A stretch of 64,000 nucleotides of DNA. Origin: Blasia pusilla (taxonomy: Eukaryota). The first letter of the stretch is position 1; each line of letters begins with the position of its first letter. Shown here piece after piece: positions 1 to 14,070 of the stretch. The stretch covers positions 43,834,001 through 43,898,000 of the forward strand of contig CM114271.1 of assembly GCA_050084515.1 (NCBI GenBank). The letters run 5' to 3'. The notes under the pieces are model-generated. The model was not told the origin of the DNA, ran no database searches, and was given only the letters and a program-made list of their open reading frames with translations. A program made the position numbers and the translations under genes.

Positions 1-2117
1 GGTAGAACAACAAGGCCATCACATGGATTTGGGAGCTCAAGTAAGCATTTATAATCCATGTAAAGGTCATTTATCTCCAAATTTATTGCCATGATCTGTG
101 TCAAACCTGTGATGGTGGTTTTTAGATTACTCATACTAGCAGAGTCCAAGTTCCATACTATTAGAGAGGAGTCTATAAGTGATGTTGCATCAAAAAATCC
201 CTTGTGGAAGTTGTTCTACTTTTGAATAATGCTAATACGGGAGTCAACTATCGACAGTAGTTGAAGATGAAGGGGATTAATGACTAGAATTTGCCTAATA
301 TAAGAGGGTGTCATGTAGACATTATGTGATGTTCTCGGTTCTATAGTGGTACAAAGATCATAGGCATAAAACTCACTAGCTCTAGGTATAATATACTTAG
401 TGAGAAAATCGTACATAAGGCATATTATGGCTACTAAGATGCAGAGATTGTGGACATCTGGGCTTTGAGAGTGGAGTACTTTATAGTTCCACAATAACCA
501 CAACACTGCATCTGTGAAACGATGGATGAACATGTCAATTTCCACTTGGAGAGTAATTGGCCAGCAAATGGCCAATGATAGGCAATAGGTTTGCAGGCTA
601 ACCGACCTATTAGTCAAGGTGGGCCTATTTCAAGCTCTTTGCCTACAAATATGCAGGCAAGATTTTCTAAGGGTCAAGAAAGTTATGCTTCTCTTTGCAA
701 TTGTGCGAGTAGAAGAAAAAGTATTGCGTGCATGCAAAAATAGTTAAACTCTCATGTGTGCATGCATGGAACGAGCATGTTGGTCATCCATTGAATGGCT
801 CTCACTAAGGTGTTGATAAGATACAGTGTCAAATTTACCGGCTTGGAGACAAGTTGAATAAGAAATGAGATTTACATTGTATAACGTGAATGTGCATATG
901 TGTATAGCAAGCATGAAGAGTACAATATGTAGATATAAAAAGAGCAATAGTAAACAGTGAAAAGTGCAAACATCAATCAGATATGTATGGAAAGTACTTG
1001 CCTTAGTTGTGGGTGTGATTAGTGATCAAGAGATGCTTGGACACCTAAAGGGAAGACAACACATAAATTAATGTGTAGCATGCACGCACTGACCTATTGC
1101 TCTAGCAAGGAGTAGCAGTGAACATTCACAGCCTGAAAATAATAACAAGTGAAAAGTAAATTCTCGTGCTTGATGTGTGGCCGACAATAAGATAACAAGA
1201 AGACAATTGCAGGGAGAGGATACTGTACATCAAAAGCACTCAATGATTGAAAAGTGTTGGAATAAATGGTAAATCCGAAGGTAACCCTCTAATAATTTTG
1301 TCTTCATGATTAAAAAGAAGTGATAGTTAATGCACGTGAATAGTGGCGAATGTCCTCCAAAGAGTACCAAAGGGTGATTACTTTCAGGTGGATTGAATTG
1401 ACGTGAAAGTTATTACCTTTGGTCAAACTTTGGAAGAACAAATCAACTGTATCTGTTGGATTCTAGAAACTAAATAGCTAAAACAAAGAGAAGATTGGAG
1501 CCTATAATTTTTAGATATAGAATTATGTGTCTCTATCTCCTAGCATATGTATCTTGGATAGGCTGATTTCACTCCAGCTTGTTTTATCAATCCATGGGAC
1601 TAGTATCTACTTGTTGCAGTATTGGGATTCTTGAAACGTTGAGTTTCATGCATTCCATTCCATTTATTCTATACGAACTCTCGTTTAGATTTCTCTATCA
1701 CACAATTAGCAAACGTGAAGCCTTCATAAGAAGACGGTCTAATACACTCTTGCAAAAGTGCGGACTCCCTATGTCTCTCATTACTACCGATCTAAAATTG
1801 TCTCATGGGCAACGCAATTTGGAATATATGAGAACTGATGGTGGCTAGATTGAACTTTCTTATCATGCACGCTTTAAACATAATCAACAATCAAATGTGC
1901 CAGATGGCAAAAATTTTAGGCAAGACAGAATTCCAGGAAATCCCAAATGGAGCGTTTTACTACTCATTAGCGTCCACATGGCAAAAAAAAGGCCAAGGTG
2001 GGCAAAAATACTTGATCAAAGGGTAAATGGGCAACTTATGGAGCAAGAGCAGGGCCACACTTGGGATTGGATGGATTGAATAGTTTACAGTGCACCCTAA
2101 ACCGCACGATTCCAAGA

Positions 2118-2860
2118 TGTCATGGTAGATGAAGCGTAGGGCGAGATAATATCGAGGCCTTAGAGGGGTCTTGTACTCCCTTATTTTGAGAGGTTATATG
2201 TGACTTGCTCTTAGGAGGTGACGTACGAGTGTAGGTCAACCTTCTCTTTATGAGGAGTGGCAACCTTGGAGAGGTTGACCTTCTCAACCATGTATGGCTC
2301 CACTTGGACCTATAGGGTCGTGGGTTAGTTGGCAGTTGGTCTCATGAGGGGACCACATGTGTAGTTGTTAGGGAGCTAGTATGTGTGTACTGCAGGTTGG
2401 TAGTGACTTGCTAGGAGGGAGGTGACCTATGTGTACAGGTCATCTATGGAGTGCCCAGGAGGTATACCTCGGATGAAGCTCATTTGGAGCTCATCTCCTT
2501 AGGATTGCAGACCCTTGTTGGGATCTGTGATACAGTGCGGCTTGCATGTATTGACCATGGATTCTCTCTTAAAGAGTGGGCTAGGAGTGATCAACAAGGA
2601 AGATCACGCATATTTTGGGAGTCTTTGTGTACACTTTCTCTTGCTGTTACACCAGTGTGGATCTGATTCATGTATATGGCTGTTTGGATGAAGCACGATT
2701 GATTGCAGATTTCATCAAAATTTACACTGCATATGCAACTTTAATGAGGTTGTCAAGTCGTTCATATGTAGAGATGTTAGGATTCATAGCTAGATGGATC
2801 TTAGACATGTGTGTGCATAACAACATATGTATGTTGGCAGTGATGTGTATTGGCACGACA
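2118..2860 (+). mobile_element. Older solo A-B-like unit
   Basis: Starts TGTCATG, ends GATGTGTATTGGCACGACA. Flanks AAGA / AAGG (4-bp TSD with one mismatch). Confidence 0.6.
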
Positions 2861-3263
2861 AAGGCCTAAGCTATTGCTTTGATCTCTCTCATAGAACCAC
2901 AACTCAGGAGAAAAGCGAGAGGCACAAATCAGTGAAGGATCCTAAACGTTCTCCCACCCCATCTGTCTTGCGAATCTACATCGTCATACAACATACATCG
3001 CTGACATACCATACTCACATACATACATAACATAGACGAGAGCATACACAAGCACAAGTGTCCCACAACTGAAATCCATGAAAGATCTACTATCATAAAA
3101 CACGTATAAAATCACATACAATCGAGCCAAACCCACTCCACGATGGGAGAATCCAAGTCGAAGCTTGCGGGAACCACCATAGCCAAGAGCTCTACTCACT
3201 ACCAAGGCTAACTCCCAACGCAACAGGCTCAACTCGAAGAACTAACTGTTCTTTGAGTGCACT

Positions 3264-4295
3264 TGTCGCGACCCTCATAACCAAACAACACCAAATAGGC
3301 GCCAAGCGAAACATCAAAACTCAAGTGAACTCATGCTGCGAGGTTTGCGCTTTGGAGAGGCGTTTGGAAAAGTCTCTTGGAAAAGTTTAAGAGACGAAAC
3401 GCGGAACAGAGTTCTGCGTTTCATGCGTTAGTGGTCGCGACCAGGAAACCTAGACCAAACGCGAGCCAAGACTTGAGATGAGTTGAGTCTTGGGAGGTTG
3501 GTTGCCAAAGAGGTGAGAACCAGTTTCGAACACGACTAGCATTTGGGAGAATCTGACTGTGTTTAGGACCATAACCTTGAGTTCCAAGATGCGTTTGAGA
3601 CAAATAAGAGCGCGTTGGAAAGCTGATCTTGAGATGCTTCCAACGAACTAAAGATTTTAGCAAACGCATAAGTACAGGTTGAGATATTGGCCGAAAACAA
3701 TTGAGAGAGCAATCGGGTTGACGGCCAATTGGAGAGGCCCGGGTGTCTTTCCCTAAATATAGGGGGCCCGCGGAGATCCCCAGAAGTACTAGTAAGGGAG
3801 GAGTCTCTCCGAGATGTCTCGGAACACGAATCCCCACTTTGGGGCGCCAAACGGCGTTTCAGAGGCACGGGATGGAACGGGAGTTTGGCGTTGGAATTCG
3901 AAACCCAAACCTGATCCAAGGGAGTGGACTTTGTACGCCACACTTGGATTCCAACCCGAGATTCACTTTGTGCGAGTCTTGGTGAGGAACTCATTGGATG
4001 TCCATCGGACACTTGGAACGGCTAGGCGCGAAATGCCATTTTAGGTTCGTGAACTGACCAGAAAGTCTGTCCCAAGTCTTTCGAGATTTGCCCGTGTTGT
4101 AAACCGCGAAACTAGGAAGGTTGAGCTTGATGAGAGTCTGAGACGAGAACTCGGAAAGTAATCCCACTGATTGATCCAAGACTCGACTAACCAAAGTGCG
4201 TGTTTGGATGCAAATCAGCGTTGAGAGCGTGACCTACTGAACGTACGCTTCCGCAACAAACAAGATTAACGTTCAAGGAGAGTAGGCGCACGACA
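3264..4295 (+). mobile_element. ~1-kb solo LTR (family X) inserted in A2 of copy A
   Basis: TGTCGCG...GCGCACGACA, 5-bp TSD GCACT/ACACT. A2 resumes exactly after it. Homologous to 29173-30175 and 48213-49222. Strand is relative orientation only. Confidence 0.88.
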
Positions 4296-4758
4296 ACACT
4301 CCACACTATATCCTCCAACCTAAAAGCGGGCCCTACTGGAAAAGTCACCCTCAACTGAGTAACCCCCAACCCTACGTATGAAACCGCATCTCTATCTAGA
4401 CACTACGGCCCTACATAAGGTATGGCCTCTACTAGCACACTATACTCTACGACATAATCCGTATGGTCATGACAAATATCGTGCGAATCCACATTGTCAT
4501 ACAACATACATCGCTGACATACCATACTCACATACATACATACATAACATAGACGAGAGCATACACAAACACAAGCATCCCACAACTCGCCCCCCTAACT
4601 GGCGGTTAGGTCCCTCTAACTCCCAGGTAGCCCTATACATCTACTACATGCTAACACCTTTGTGGGTGCACGAATCAGAAGGTCGGGTGCTAGGTTGCCC
4701 CATTGTTAGTCGCACATATGTAATCCATATCATGCAAAGATCAAGTCATCTACCTCTC

Positions 4759-5960
4759 CTAAGTACATCGAGGACAAACCCAACTTCCAGTAGGAACAAC
4801 ATCCATACGTGGAGTCAAACACATCATGTGCCAACCCCTAGAACACCGATCACACACCAACATACCGGCTGCGTTACCAGCAGACCCACACAACATGCAC
4901 CTCAAACTAGCACGTATCATGGCTAAGCTTGGGTCAACAGTACCATCCATATTTGGAAGATGACATGGCGCACAATTATGCACATGGTCCTTCCAAACAA
5001 CTCCATCACGACCCTCCAACATGAGAACTCTAGAAGCTAACACCTCGCACACTTGTAAAATAGTGCGGCCTACCGTCACATCCAACGTTGTTGGTGCAAT
5101 CTACTGCAAATAGACATAGTCCCCCACATGGAACCTACGAATCGATGGTCGATAACCTCCTCCCCGAATGGTCGCAAACCTCAACGTATCCCTGTGTTGA
5201 GCAATGGCAAGATTCTCAAAGGCTGTTGGCATAACTCTCCGAAAGAGCTCTGCCCGCTAAGAACACACTCTCATCCACATCTCAAGGTCATCAAGGTTCA
5301 CCACCTCACTAGACTCTCGACGAATTATTGCGGGCAAGTCTGGATCTCGGCCATATAATAGAAAATAAGGTGAGAAGGAAGCCAAGGATGCTTGGCAACT
5401 GAACCTATACCCCATGGCTAACCATGGCAACTGAATATCCCAGTCTCCAAGATGCCCCTTTTGTAGGCCATACTTGCGCAATGCCCTCTTCACCGTCTGA
5501 ACCACACGCTCACCCAAACCATCCGCCTCTGGATGATCTCGAGACGTGGTCCGATGATCAATCAACGCCTTGTCACACAAGACCTGAAACTCACCCTGAA
5601 ATTGTGTACCCTGATCGGTCAGCACTTCAGCTGGTGCACCAAAATGACTAAGCACTCTATCAAGAAACGCATACGCCGTTCCCTCACATGCCTTCTCAGG
5701 TAATGCCACCAACTCAATCCACTTGGAGAAGTGCTCCACCATGACCAACACATATCGATGATGTCGTACACTCAACGGTAACGGTCTCGCAAAGTCCACA
5801 CTCCAACGATAACCCAACCCCATAATAGCCAAGGGGTGTAACTGTGGTGTAGGGGCATTGAATGATGCCCTCACCCGGTCACAAACCATTCAACGTGACA
5901 CCAACTGCTGCACCTGAGTATGTATGCCACGCCACCAATACTGATCAAGGAGTAAGCTCT
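4759..5960 (-). pseudogene. DDE integrase with C-terminal PHD finger, copy A
   Basis: ORFs 5257-5889 (integrase core) and 4759-5085 ending CMLC..MLVCDRC..WHMMC..WVCPRC (C4HC3). Confidence 0.92.
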
Positions 5961-7849
5961 ATGTACGCTTTACCCCAAAATGTCCCAACTCCTCATGGGC
6001 ATTCGCACAATGCGCTCTCTCTGAGCCAAATGCGGCACTACTCGTACTCTACCATCCTCCCACACACGGAGAATATGTGTTCCCTCCAATCGATACCTCT
6101 TAGCACGTTGAAGAACACGGTCTCGCTCCTTGGCACTCACTATGCCTGGCACCCTACTGGTCCGTAGGAAATCCAACACCAACGCATCATCATGAATATC
6201 ATGCTGATCCGTACCACCATCTCCAACCTTAGGATCTGAAGCCTGGCCATCTACCCTCTGACTAGAGTAAGATGTCATGTGGTCCTCCATACTAGAGTCC
6301 ACCCCTAACCAACATAAAAAGGCGGATGCATGCCAACCTCGTACCATCTTCTCATCAACCTCGCCATGCCATCTAGCCCCAGTTGCATCCTCTTGGCTAG
6401 TACATGGGTTCCTACTCAACCCATCAGCATCAAGGTTGGAAACTCCAGGTCTATGTACCACCTGGAAGTCATACTCCTGTAAGATAAGAGCCCACCGTGC
6501 AAGCTTCCCTGTAAGCTTGTCAGACTCCATCAACCACTTGAGTGGCTGGTGATCAGTAACAAGGGTAAACTGTGTGCCAAAAAAGTAATACCTAAAGTGT
6601 GCCACAACCCACACTACTGCCAAGCACTCTCCCTCATATGAATCAGAGCGCGACTCCATTTGCATTATTCGAACGACTTGCATAGGCCACCACAAACTCC
6701 ATGTGCTCATCATCATGTTGTGTCAACACCGCTCCAAGTCCCAACCTACTCCAATCAGTGTGTAATTGAAATGGGCGCCCTCTGATAGGTCTCCTCAAGA
6801 TAGGCGCCACCACCAACTGGGCCTTGAGCTCCACAAAAGCTCTCTCCTGATCATCTCCCTTGTGCCACTCTTGATCTGATTTCAGCAATTGGTTCAAAGG
6901 CTTTGCCATAAAACTAAATCCTTTTACATACCTCCGATAGTAGTTCGCCAATCCCATGAATGCCCGAACTCTACTCAGATCTACCGGACGCGGAATAAGT
7001 GCAATAATTTCCATTGGTACAAACAATCCTTGCCATGAGAGTTGACACCCCAAAACGATGTCTTGGCCTTGTCACTCTCCGAAATCGCCAATTGATGGTA
7101 TCGTGCCTGAAGATCCAAAGTACTGAAAATCTTTGCCTGTCCCACCACATCAAAGATCTCCTCAGGTGTAGGCATGGCATACCTATCGGCCTTGGTTTTC
7201 CGATTGATAGGACGGTAATCTCCACACATCCGCCCATCCATGTAGTTGCCATGCATATCCTTTTTAGCAGGCATGACAGTGGCTGATGCATGCTCTCCAT
7301 GCGACAACTCCACTAATCCAACCTCCAAAAGGTCCAACGTCCTACTCTGAATCAAGTCCCTCTCCATATCACTATATCGGTAGGGACGACGAAAGATTGG
7401 CATATCACTAGCCAAATCAATCCATATACGGGGTCCAACCAAAGCACCCAACTCCTTCATGCTAAAGGCAAAACAACTCCTATAAGCACGTAGGAACTGT
7501 GTCAAGCGTCGTTTCTCACCTCCCGTAAGCTTGGGCCCAAGTAATGGCTCCCAAGTCTCCTCCTTTGGCACACTAGAGGAGAGGCGATGCCATTGGCGCA
7601 CATAACCCCCTCACAAGATGGTACACCCTTAGCTATACCATCATCTGAACAAATAACTCCTCCACCAGCATGAGCAACCAACTCCACATGCCCAGCCATT
7701 ACATCCCATTTACTCCAAGGATGAAAAATACTACTCTCCTCGCCCCCAGTCGATGCCTCTACCATCCCGGTAGCCATCAAGCTCATCACAAGGGGTGGAA
7801 GACCCCTGACATAATCCGAAGTCGACATTTTTGCTCAACCATACCAAGA

Positions 7850-8800
7850 CTCAAAATCCAAGTCAAACAATTCAGGTCCATGGCTTTGACCCAACACATG
7901 ACGTCGTGAAGCCTAAAAATGGAAGCAACCGCTAACATACCAAGAGCAAATCCCATCGCACGCTCTCTCTCATCAGCGTTAGGCTCTACCAAGCCATCGC
8001 ACATGAGAATCCCATACAAGCCTGGGGACCACCTTCCTGTAGGCATGTGACGAGGAAAACTCATAAATGTGGGTAGTGCCATCCTAGGTCGCCCACACGG
8101 TTCACCACCGCCATGGGTGACCGATCAATAACCCTCACCACTGAGAAAGTCACCCAAGATCAAGATACTATCCTTGTAAGGCAAGGATCTGCCAGACCGC
8201 ATCATATGCTCGACGTAGAACCTCCCTAGGCAACAAGTTTGTCCACCACAAGCGTGGAAAATGTGCACACAAGCCAACTTGCGCTGCATCCAACAACACC
8301 GCTGGTCTAATCCAAGACCGCATCTCATGAACACTCGCCATCATCCGGGTCCGAGTGTCACCCAACAATGGAACATTCTCGAGCACGTGCTTGATGAACT
8401 GAAGATGTCGTAACACCCGTAACATCTCCCAAAACAATCGAGACCTAGGGTCGTGTAATCCCTCACCACGACCAGCGCGTGTATGACCCTGACATGGACA
8501 TCTAGCAATCACCAAATCCATAGGACCAACCCTCTCAAGGTCCTACGCCCCCAATAATGCAATGTGTGACGGCAAAGCACGCTGGTACCCACGAATAGCT
8601 GATGGCGGCAACAACTCAGAATATCTCCGCATCAACTGACCAATATGTTAGGATGAGACTCTCTCATCCTGACATATTGGTCAAAATGAGGGTTGTCTCA
8701 TCTCGCTCCACATACACGTATCTTCGCACAGGAATACCGGCCTGCAACACTACAGCCAAACTAGTGCTAATCCCACCAAAGAGATCTAACACACAAATGC
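7850..8800 (-). pseudogene. C5 cytosine DNA methyltransferase domain of copy A (frameshifted)
   Basis: VLDLFGGISTS..YVYVE (motif I/II), DLVIARCPCQG (IV), SRLFWEMLRVL, VLENV (VI), DAAQVG..HFPRLWWTN (VIII), ERERAMGF (IX). Boundaries approximate. Confidence 0.9.
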
Positions 8801-11800
8801 CCTCCGGCGGATACTGCCATACAATGGATGTAGTATCCAAAGGGGATAACCCAACTGGACCAGAAGTAGGAGTCCGCCATGAGGCCTCCTCTTCCTCGTG
8901 AGGTATAACAGCCTCACACCAAGCCTCCTACACTAGGCGATCAGCCTCCTGCCATAGTGCACAGCCTGAACTCCAAAGTGGCACATCCAACGATGAGGAT
9001 GCCATTGTTGCAAAACTAGGGACCTCCTCTACCTCCTCATGCACAGGAGAATCTATAGCAGAAAAATTACCCTCCAAAAAGTCTCCTGGCCAAGTGACTA
9101 CTCCACTAAAACCAACCACAGATGCTAACACCGTTGGGGAAGACCCTCCTAGTCGAGCCCCATAAATAAATCTCATAGGAACTTGGCTCATACGTCCATC
9201 CCCGGACTGCCAACCATGTCTTTAAGACGTTGTCTCACTCCAGTAATCCATCTGAAAACCCATCGGGTATAATACCGCTCCTCCAACTAGTACATCATAT
9301 GACTCGGCTGATGTGACCACTGCAGGTACTCCCAACCGGGAGCTATCAATCGCATGATCTGGTCTCAGCTGTACAGACAACTTCTCCCGTGTCATGAATT
9401 GAGACCTATCATTGGCTCCTCCAAGTGATGTTTGAATCTGGAATGGGCAAGGCTCAAGCTTTGACCTCTGAATACCCAAACCAATACATGCCGCCTTTCC
9501 CAACATCAAAGGTTGGGCACCAGAGTCTAACAAGACTCTATCTGGTCTATACATCTGTCCTGTAGGACTCACCTATCGGAATATCCCACTACGGTTGTCC
9601 AACATACATAATCCAAGTGTAAGCCTCTCACATAATGCATACGATCAATGGTTGGCCGGGCTGGTAATGCATCCATCTTCGCCGCTGTTGCCTGCCAAGT
9701 AGGACTGGTACTCAATGCTACATCTGACATAGAGGGTCGCTCCATCGCAACACCCTCATCCACCTCACCACGTGTAGCACTAACACCCCCACGTTCACAC
9801 AACGTGGCTGCTAGCTGAAATACAAGAGCTAAGTCAACTCCTAAAGCCATCAGCTCCGTGGCTGAAAAAAATGGGGATCCCAACACTGAAGTTGCCATCC
9901 CCAATACTGCAGTGGATGCTGCATCCGAGTCTACTACACGTGATGTAGATACCTCAGTCCCCCATCAGAGGCTCAATAGGCTGCGTAGGAACCATGGATG
10001 GAGTCCTAAGCACCTCAGACAACAAGAATGACTGGGGAAGCCTAGTCTGCCTCCTAGCCTCACCCCTCTATGGGTCCAACTCCACAGTGGCTCTGATGCT
10101 CGAGTGGCTCCTCTCGTAACTGCAGTTGATGCCTCAACTTGTGCTGCACTCGCCATATAAGAGAGATCATCCCCTCCATAAGACGTGAAAGCCCCTGCTC
10201 CCGAACTTGATCTATGCTGGATACCAACCATAGTAGCCAAATTCTGCTCCAACTGCTCAATCCTCAATCCATAGCTGACTTTATCGTAGTGGTAGGGGTA
10301 GCCATTGTAGGCTCTCCAACCACTGGTCCACCTCTACCACCCCTATCACCTCTACCACCTCGGCCTCTCGGAGCTACTCCACCACGGCCGCGGCCTGATC
10401 TCAACTCTGGATGAAGATCAAAGCAACGCTCTTGAGGATGACATGGTCTCCATAATGATCACACCTGAGTTGGGGCCGACCGAGGCCCATCCTCCAAAGT
10501 CCGTCTCCCATCCTCTTGGGGACAAAACCTCCTAACATGATCCCTCCACATCTCCAACATGACTGTCCTTGCTGCGGGGCAGCAAATGAAGGCAATAGTC
10601 TCTGCGCAAGTGTCCCTCTAGGACATGGTTGAGGCCGTGTGTACCCCCCACAACTCCCACTACTACTACCACCACCACTACTACGAGACTGTGAGGTGGG
10701 TGAACACGAGAAGTAGTAGTTGTATCCCCTCTTGAACGGATGTCACCACTCTCTCCTTCACCATGTTAAGCTCAATCTTCTCAGATAGAGCAAACACATG
10801 GGTCAATGTGGGTGAATCATCACTCATAAGAGTAGCATCACGTACCCTACGGTGCAGCTCTCTGTCCAAGATCCCATACCAAAACTCGATTGCCTGAGCC
10901 TCAATCACACCCTAGGTAACTAAATCAAGCGTTGCATAGGAGTGTATGCCTCACGAAGACTCTCACCAGTCTTTCGCTCAAATTCCTTAAGACTCCTCAA
11001 ATTCTCTGTCTTCACTCCCTTATAGTTCTTCTTCAACCTCTTGAAGAACTCTGCAACCGAGCTGAACGATGGTGGGGCACTAGTACCTCCACTAGTATCC
11101 CCACTGGTACCTCCACTGGTACCCCCACTCCAGCTCGTACTCGTACCACTCAACGTCGGGCTGGCTGGCATAGTAAGAGCACTACTACCAATACCACCAT
11201 GGATGATAGACACATAGCCTGGAGACCAATATTGTCTCCACGCCTCAATCTTAGCCTAAACTCATGATAATTATCCATGGGTGGTCCCTCCAAGTGTTGA
11301 AATAAACCCTTCCAAGCCAAGAAGGGTGTAAACAATCTGGCGTTCCGCAACATCTGCATATCACGTATCAAACTCCTGCATGAAGTCCTCCAACTCAATG
11401 GTGCCCATTGCACTCGAGTATCATCGTGGGCCCTTCATGGCCCCATATATTACATCCATGTCCCAAATCAATGGAGCTGCAACACTCGATAATAACGTAG
11501 AAGACTCGGTGTTTGGAACACCCTCGTCCTCCTCTTCATCAAAAGTCGGAAGTGGAAAAGATACCCGATACCTCAATCCACTCCATGTGAAACCACCACT
11601 GTCCGCACCATGGTCCCCAACCAGACTACCAGACTGCTCCGTGATAACCAACGCCGATGCCGCACCACCACTAAGTAACCAAGTGACGTCGATGTCGCTG
11701 TACTATTCTAGCTCTACTAGCTATGGATGTAGGCAACCTAACCTGTCATCACCACAAGAAGCCTCCCATGGTCTACTAGTTATCACTCCAACCACACTAC

Positions 11801-12913
11801 CGGTAGCACATAGGAGTAACACTACTCTGGGAATCAACGTCAACCCTAACAATGGGCGTGCAAGCAAGAAGCAACGATGGAGGGGATCCAAACACAGGAA
11901 GTCCAACAATAACCCTCCAATGGTAAATGGAAATCAAGGTAACACAATCCACCAAATGTGGCGCCCCTTGAATCCACAGAACCCACCACACAATTCTAAC
12001 GCAATAGCTACTCCGCCGCGGGTCGATGATATGCTAGTCTGACTCACAGCACCTGAAAATATCACCTGCATGGAGAGGCTACACCGTACTATGCGCTAGA
12101 GGTCCATCAACCAATAACCTGAGATGCATAAAGTGCCTAACACATCTCCGAACAACACCAAATGAGCTTCACCAGTGTGTACACTGGCACAGTTAAGAAC
12201 TCAGCAGTTAAGCGTCTACCAGGAAAAATAGCCCAAAGATGGCTGACTAGTTATGCAACACTCAAATCACAAATCCTGCAAAAACTGCCTCACGCCCAAG
12301 CTCCTTACTCTGCCTCTCACGCCCACTGGCCCCGAGATACCACGAGTTGCCTTGAAGCCTCGATTCAGATTCCCACCTCCAACATAGGCCACAAGCCACG
12401 AACATCCACGGCTGAGTACACAATCAGCCCTAACCAGATCCTACTGATCCACAATCGAAGCTACCATCGATCTACTCTAGTTCTTTGAGTGAAATCCGTG
12501 AAAGACCTATTGTCATAAAACACATATAGAATTACATACAATCAAGCCAAACCCACTCCACGATGGGAGAATCCAGGTCGAAGCTTGCGGGAACCACCAT
12601 AGCCAAGAGCTCTACTCACTACCAAGGCTAACTCCCAACGCAACAAGCTCAACTCAAAGAACTAACTATTCTTTGAGTGCACTCCACACTATATCCTCCA
12701 ACCTAAGAGCGGGCCCTACTGGAAAATCACCCTCAACTGAGTAACCCCCAACCCTATGTATGAAACCGCATCTCTACCTAGACACTACGGCCCTACATAA
12801 GGTATGGCCTCTACTAGCACACTATACTCTACGACATAATCCGTATGGTCATGACACATCTCATTGACAATTCAGACCAACAGCGACAGAGTAGTGAGGG
12901 GAGGAACACCGTT

Positions 12914-12914
<1 letters not shown>

Positions 12915-13008
<94 letters not shown>
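12915..13008. repeat. (AG)n microsatellite
   Basis: Perfect dinucleotide run. Confidence 0.99.
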
Positions 13009-13011
<3 letters not shown>

Positions 13012-14070
13012 TGCTGATGTTTAGGGTAAGTTAGAGCATGAGCGCGAGTCCAAACGGAGACACTACAAAGCCACCAACCAGATGAAACAGCGAGATGTAG
13101 AGCAAGGTAGAGTGTGATCCCATTGGCTTTTCCTCAATGTGGGCTAGAATGTGAATAGTGCACAAAAAAATGAGCGAGACTCATAGCTAGTGTAAAACTC
13201 CTTCCTTAGGGTGTAGAATGTGAAGTCGATCCTGAATGAGTAAGTGAACCCTAAACCGAACCAGAAGGTATGAATGAGAGATGGAAATGGAAGGATAAAG
13301 TAAACGGTGCACAATTGCATTAGAAGAGTATATGTGTACATGATGAAATACAAATATGATGAAAAAGCCAGAGAAGGAATAAGAAAGATTGAAGGTGACA
13401 ACACCGTGAAAAGACATAAACACTGGCGCACATCAAGCCTATCGTAGCCATGTAAACTACGGTACATCGAGAGGCAAAGAGGTTAGTCTAATGCAAGCCA
13501 TAGAGCCCGCTTCAAAGCAAACATGAGTGAAACAGAAACCGAGCAAAACAAAGGAAAACACAGCTCCAACCGCGCCATGCAATGAAGGAGAACTAAGGCC
13601 AACAATCAGGCCTATAATGAATGGGCAGCTGCTCCCGTTCATCAAATTCAGAGACCTCATGTGAGATGTCAGAAACATGTCAGAATCAAGATAAACGGTT
13701 GCCATCAGGCGGTTTTAGGTCCTCCACGTAATAATGATGAACACATGGATGTCCAGAGAGCTTAGAAAAAAATGCCGGATAGCGCTCCTAGTGAACGCAC
13801 ATGGCCTCTCCATAGTAGGTGTCACCATAAATGATCAAGAGGCAATAACCCTATTAGATCCATTTTTTACAATGGACCAACATGAGCAGTTACAACACCA
13901 ATTGGGGCGTATCTGGGCATTGGGGCTTCTAGAAGTCTAGTGCAACCTTGTATTCTAGGCACATTAGGTGCACACCAACGACCTAGGTAGAATATATCTG
14001 CAACAATAGTATTGATCGCAACACATAGTGATTTTTATACAACTTTTATCCATGAATATAAAGTTTTCAC

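Larger units (their letters stand above)
2964..12856 (-). mobile_element. Ty3/gypsy-type retrotransposon with split direct repeats, DNMT and PHD domains (copy A), degenerate
   Basis: A1 12490-12856, B1 4477-4586, A2 3070-4474 (interrupted), B2 2964-3069. 4-bp TSD CATC at 2960-2963 and 12857-12860. Minus-strand ORF fragments: gag, protease (VLLDSGAQ), MTase (PCQG, ENV), RT start (RMCGDYRPIN), RNase H (LHTDWS, TDHQPL), integrase (WSVDFA, TDQGTQF, DGLGER), PHD. Confidence 0.95.

Noticed and set aside
1-2100. Possible decayed transposon coding sequence
   Set aside because: No motif I can identify
2964-12856. DIRS/Ngaro/PAT tyrosine-recombinase element, suggested by split repeats plus a methyltransferase
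   Set aside because: It encodes an aspartic protease and DDE integrase, makes a TSD, its MTase is C5-type rather than adenine-type, and no YR motif was seen
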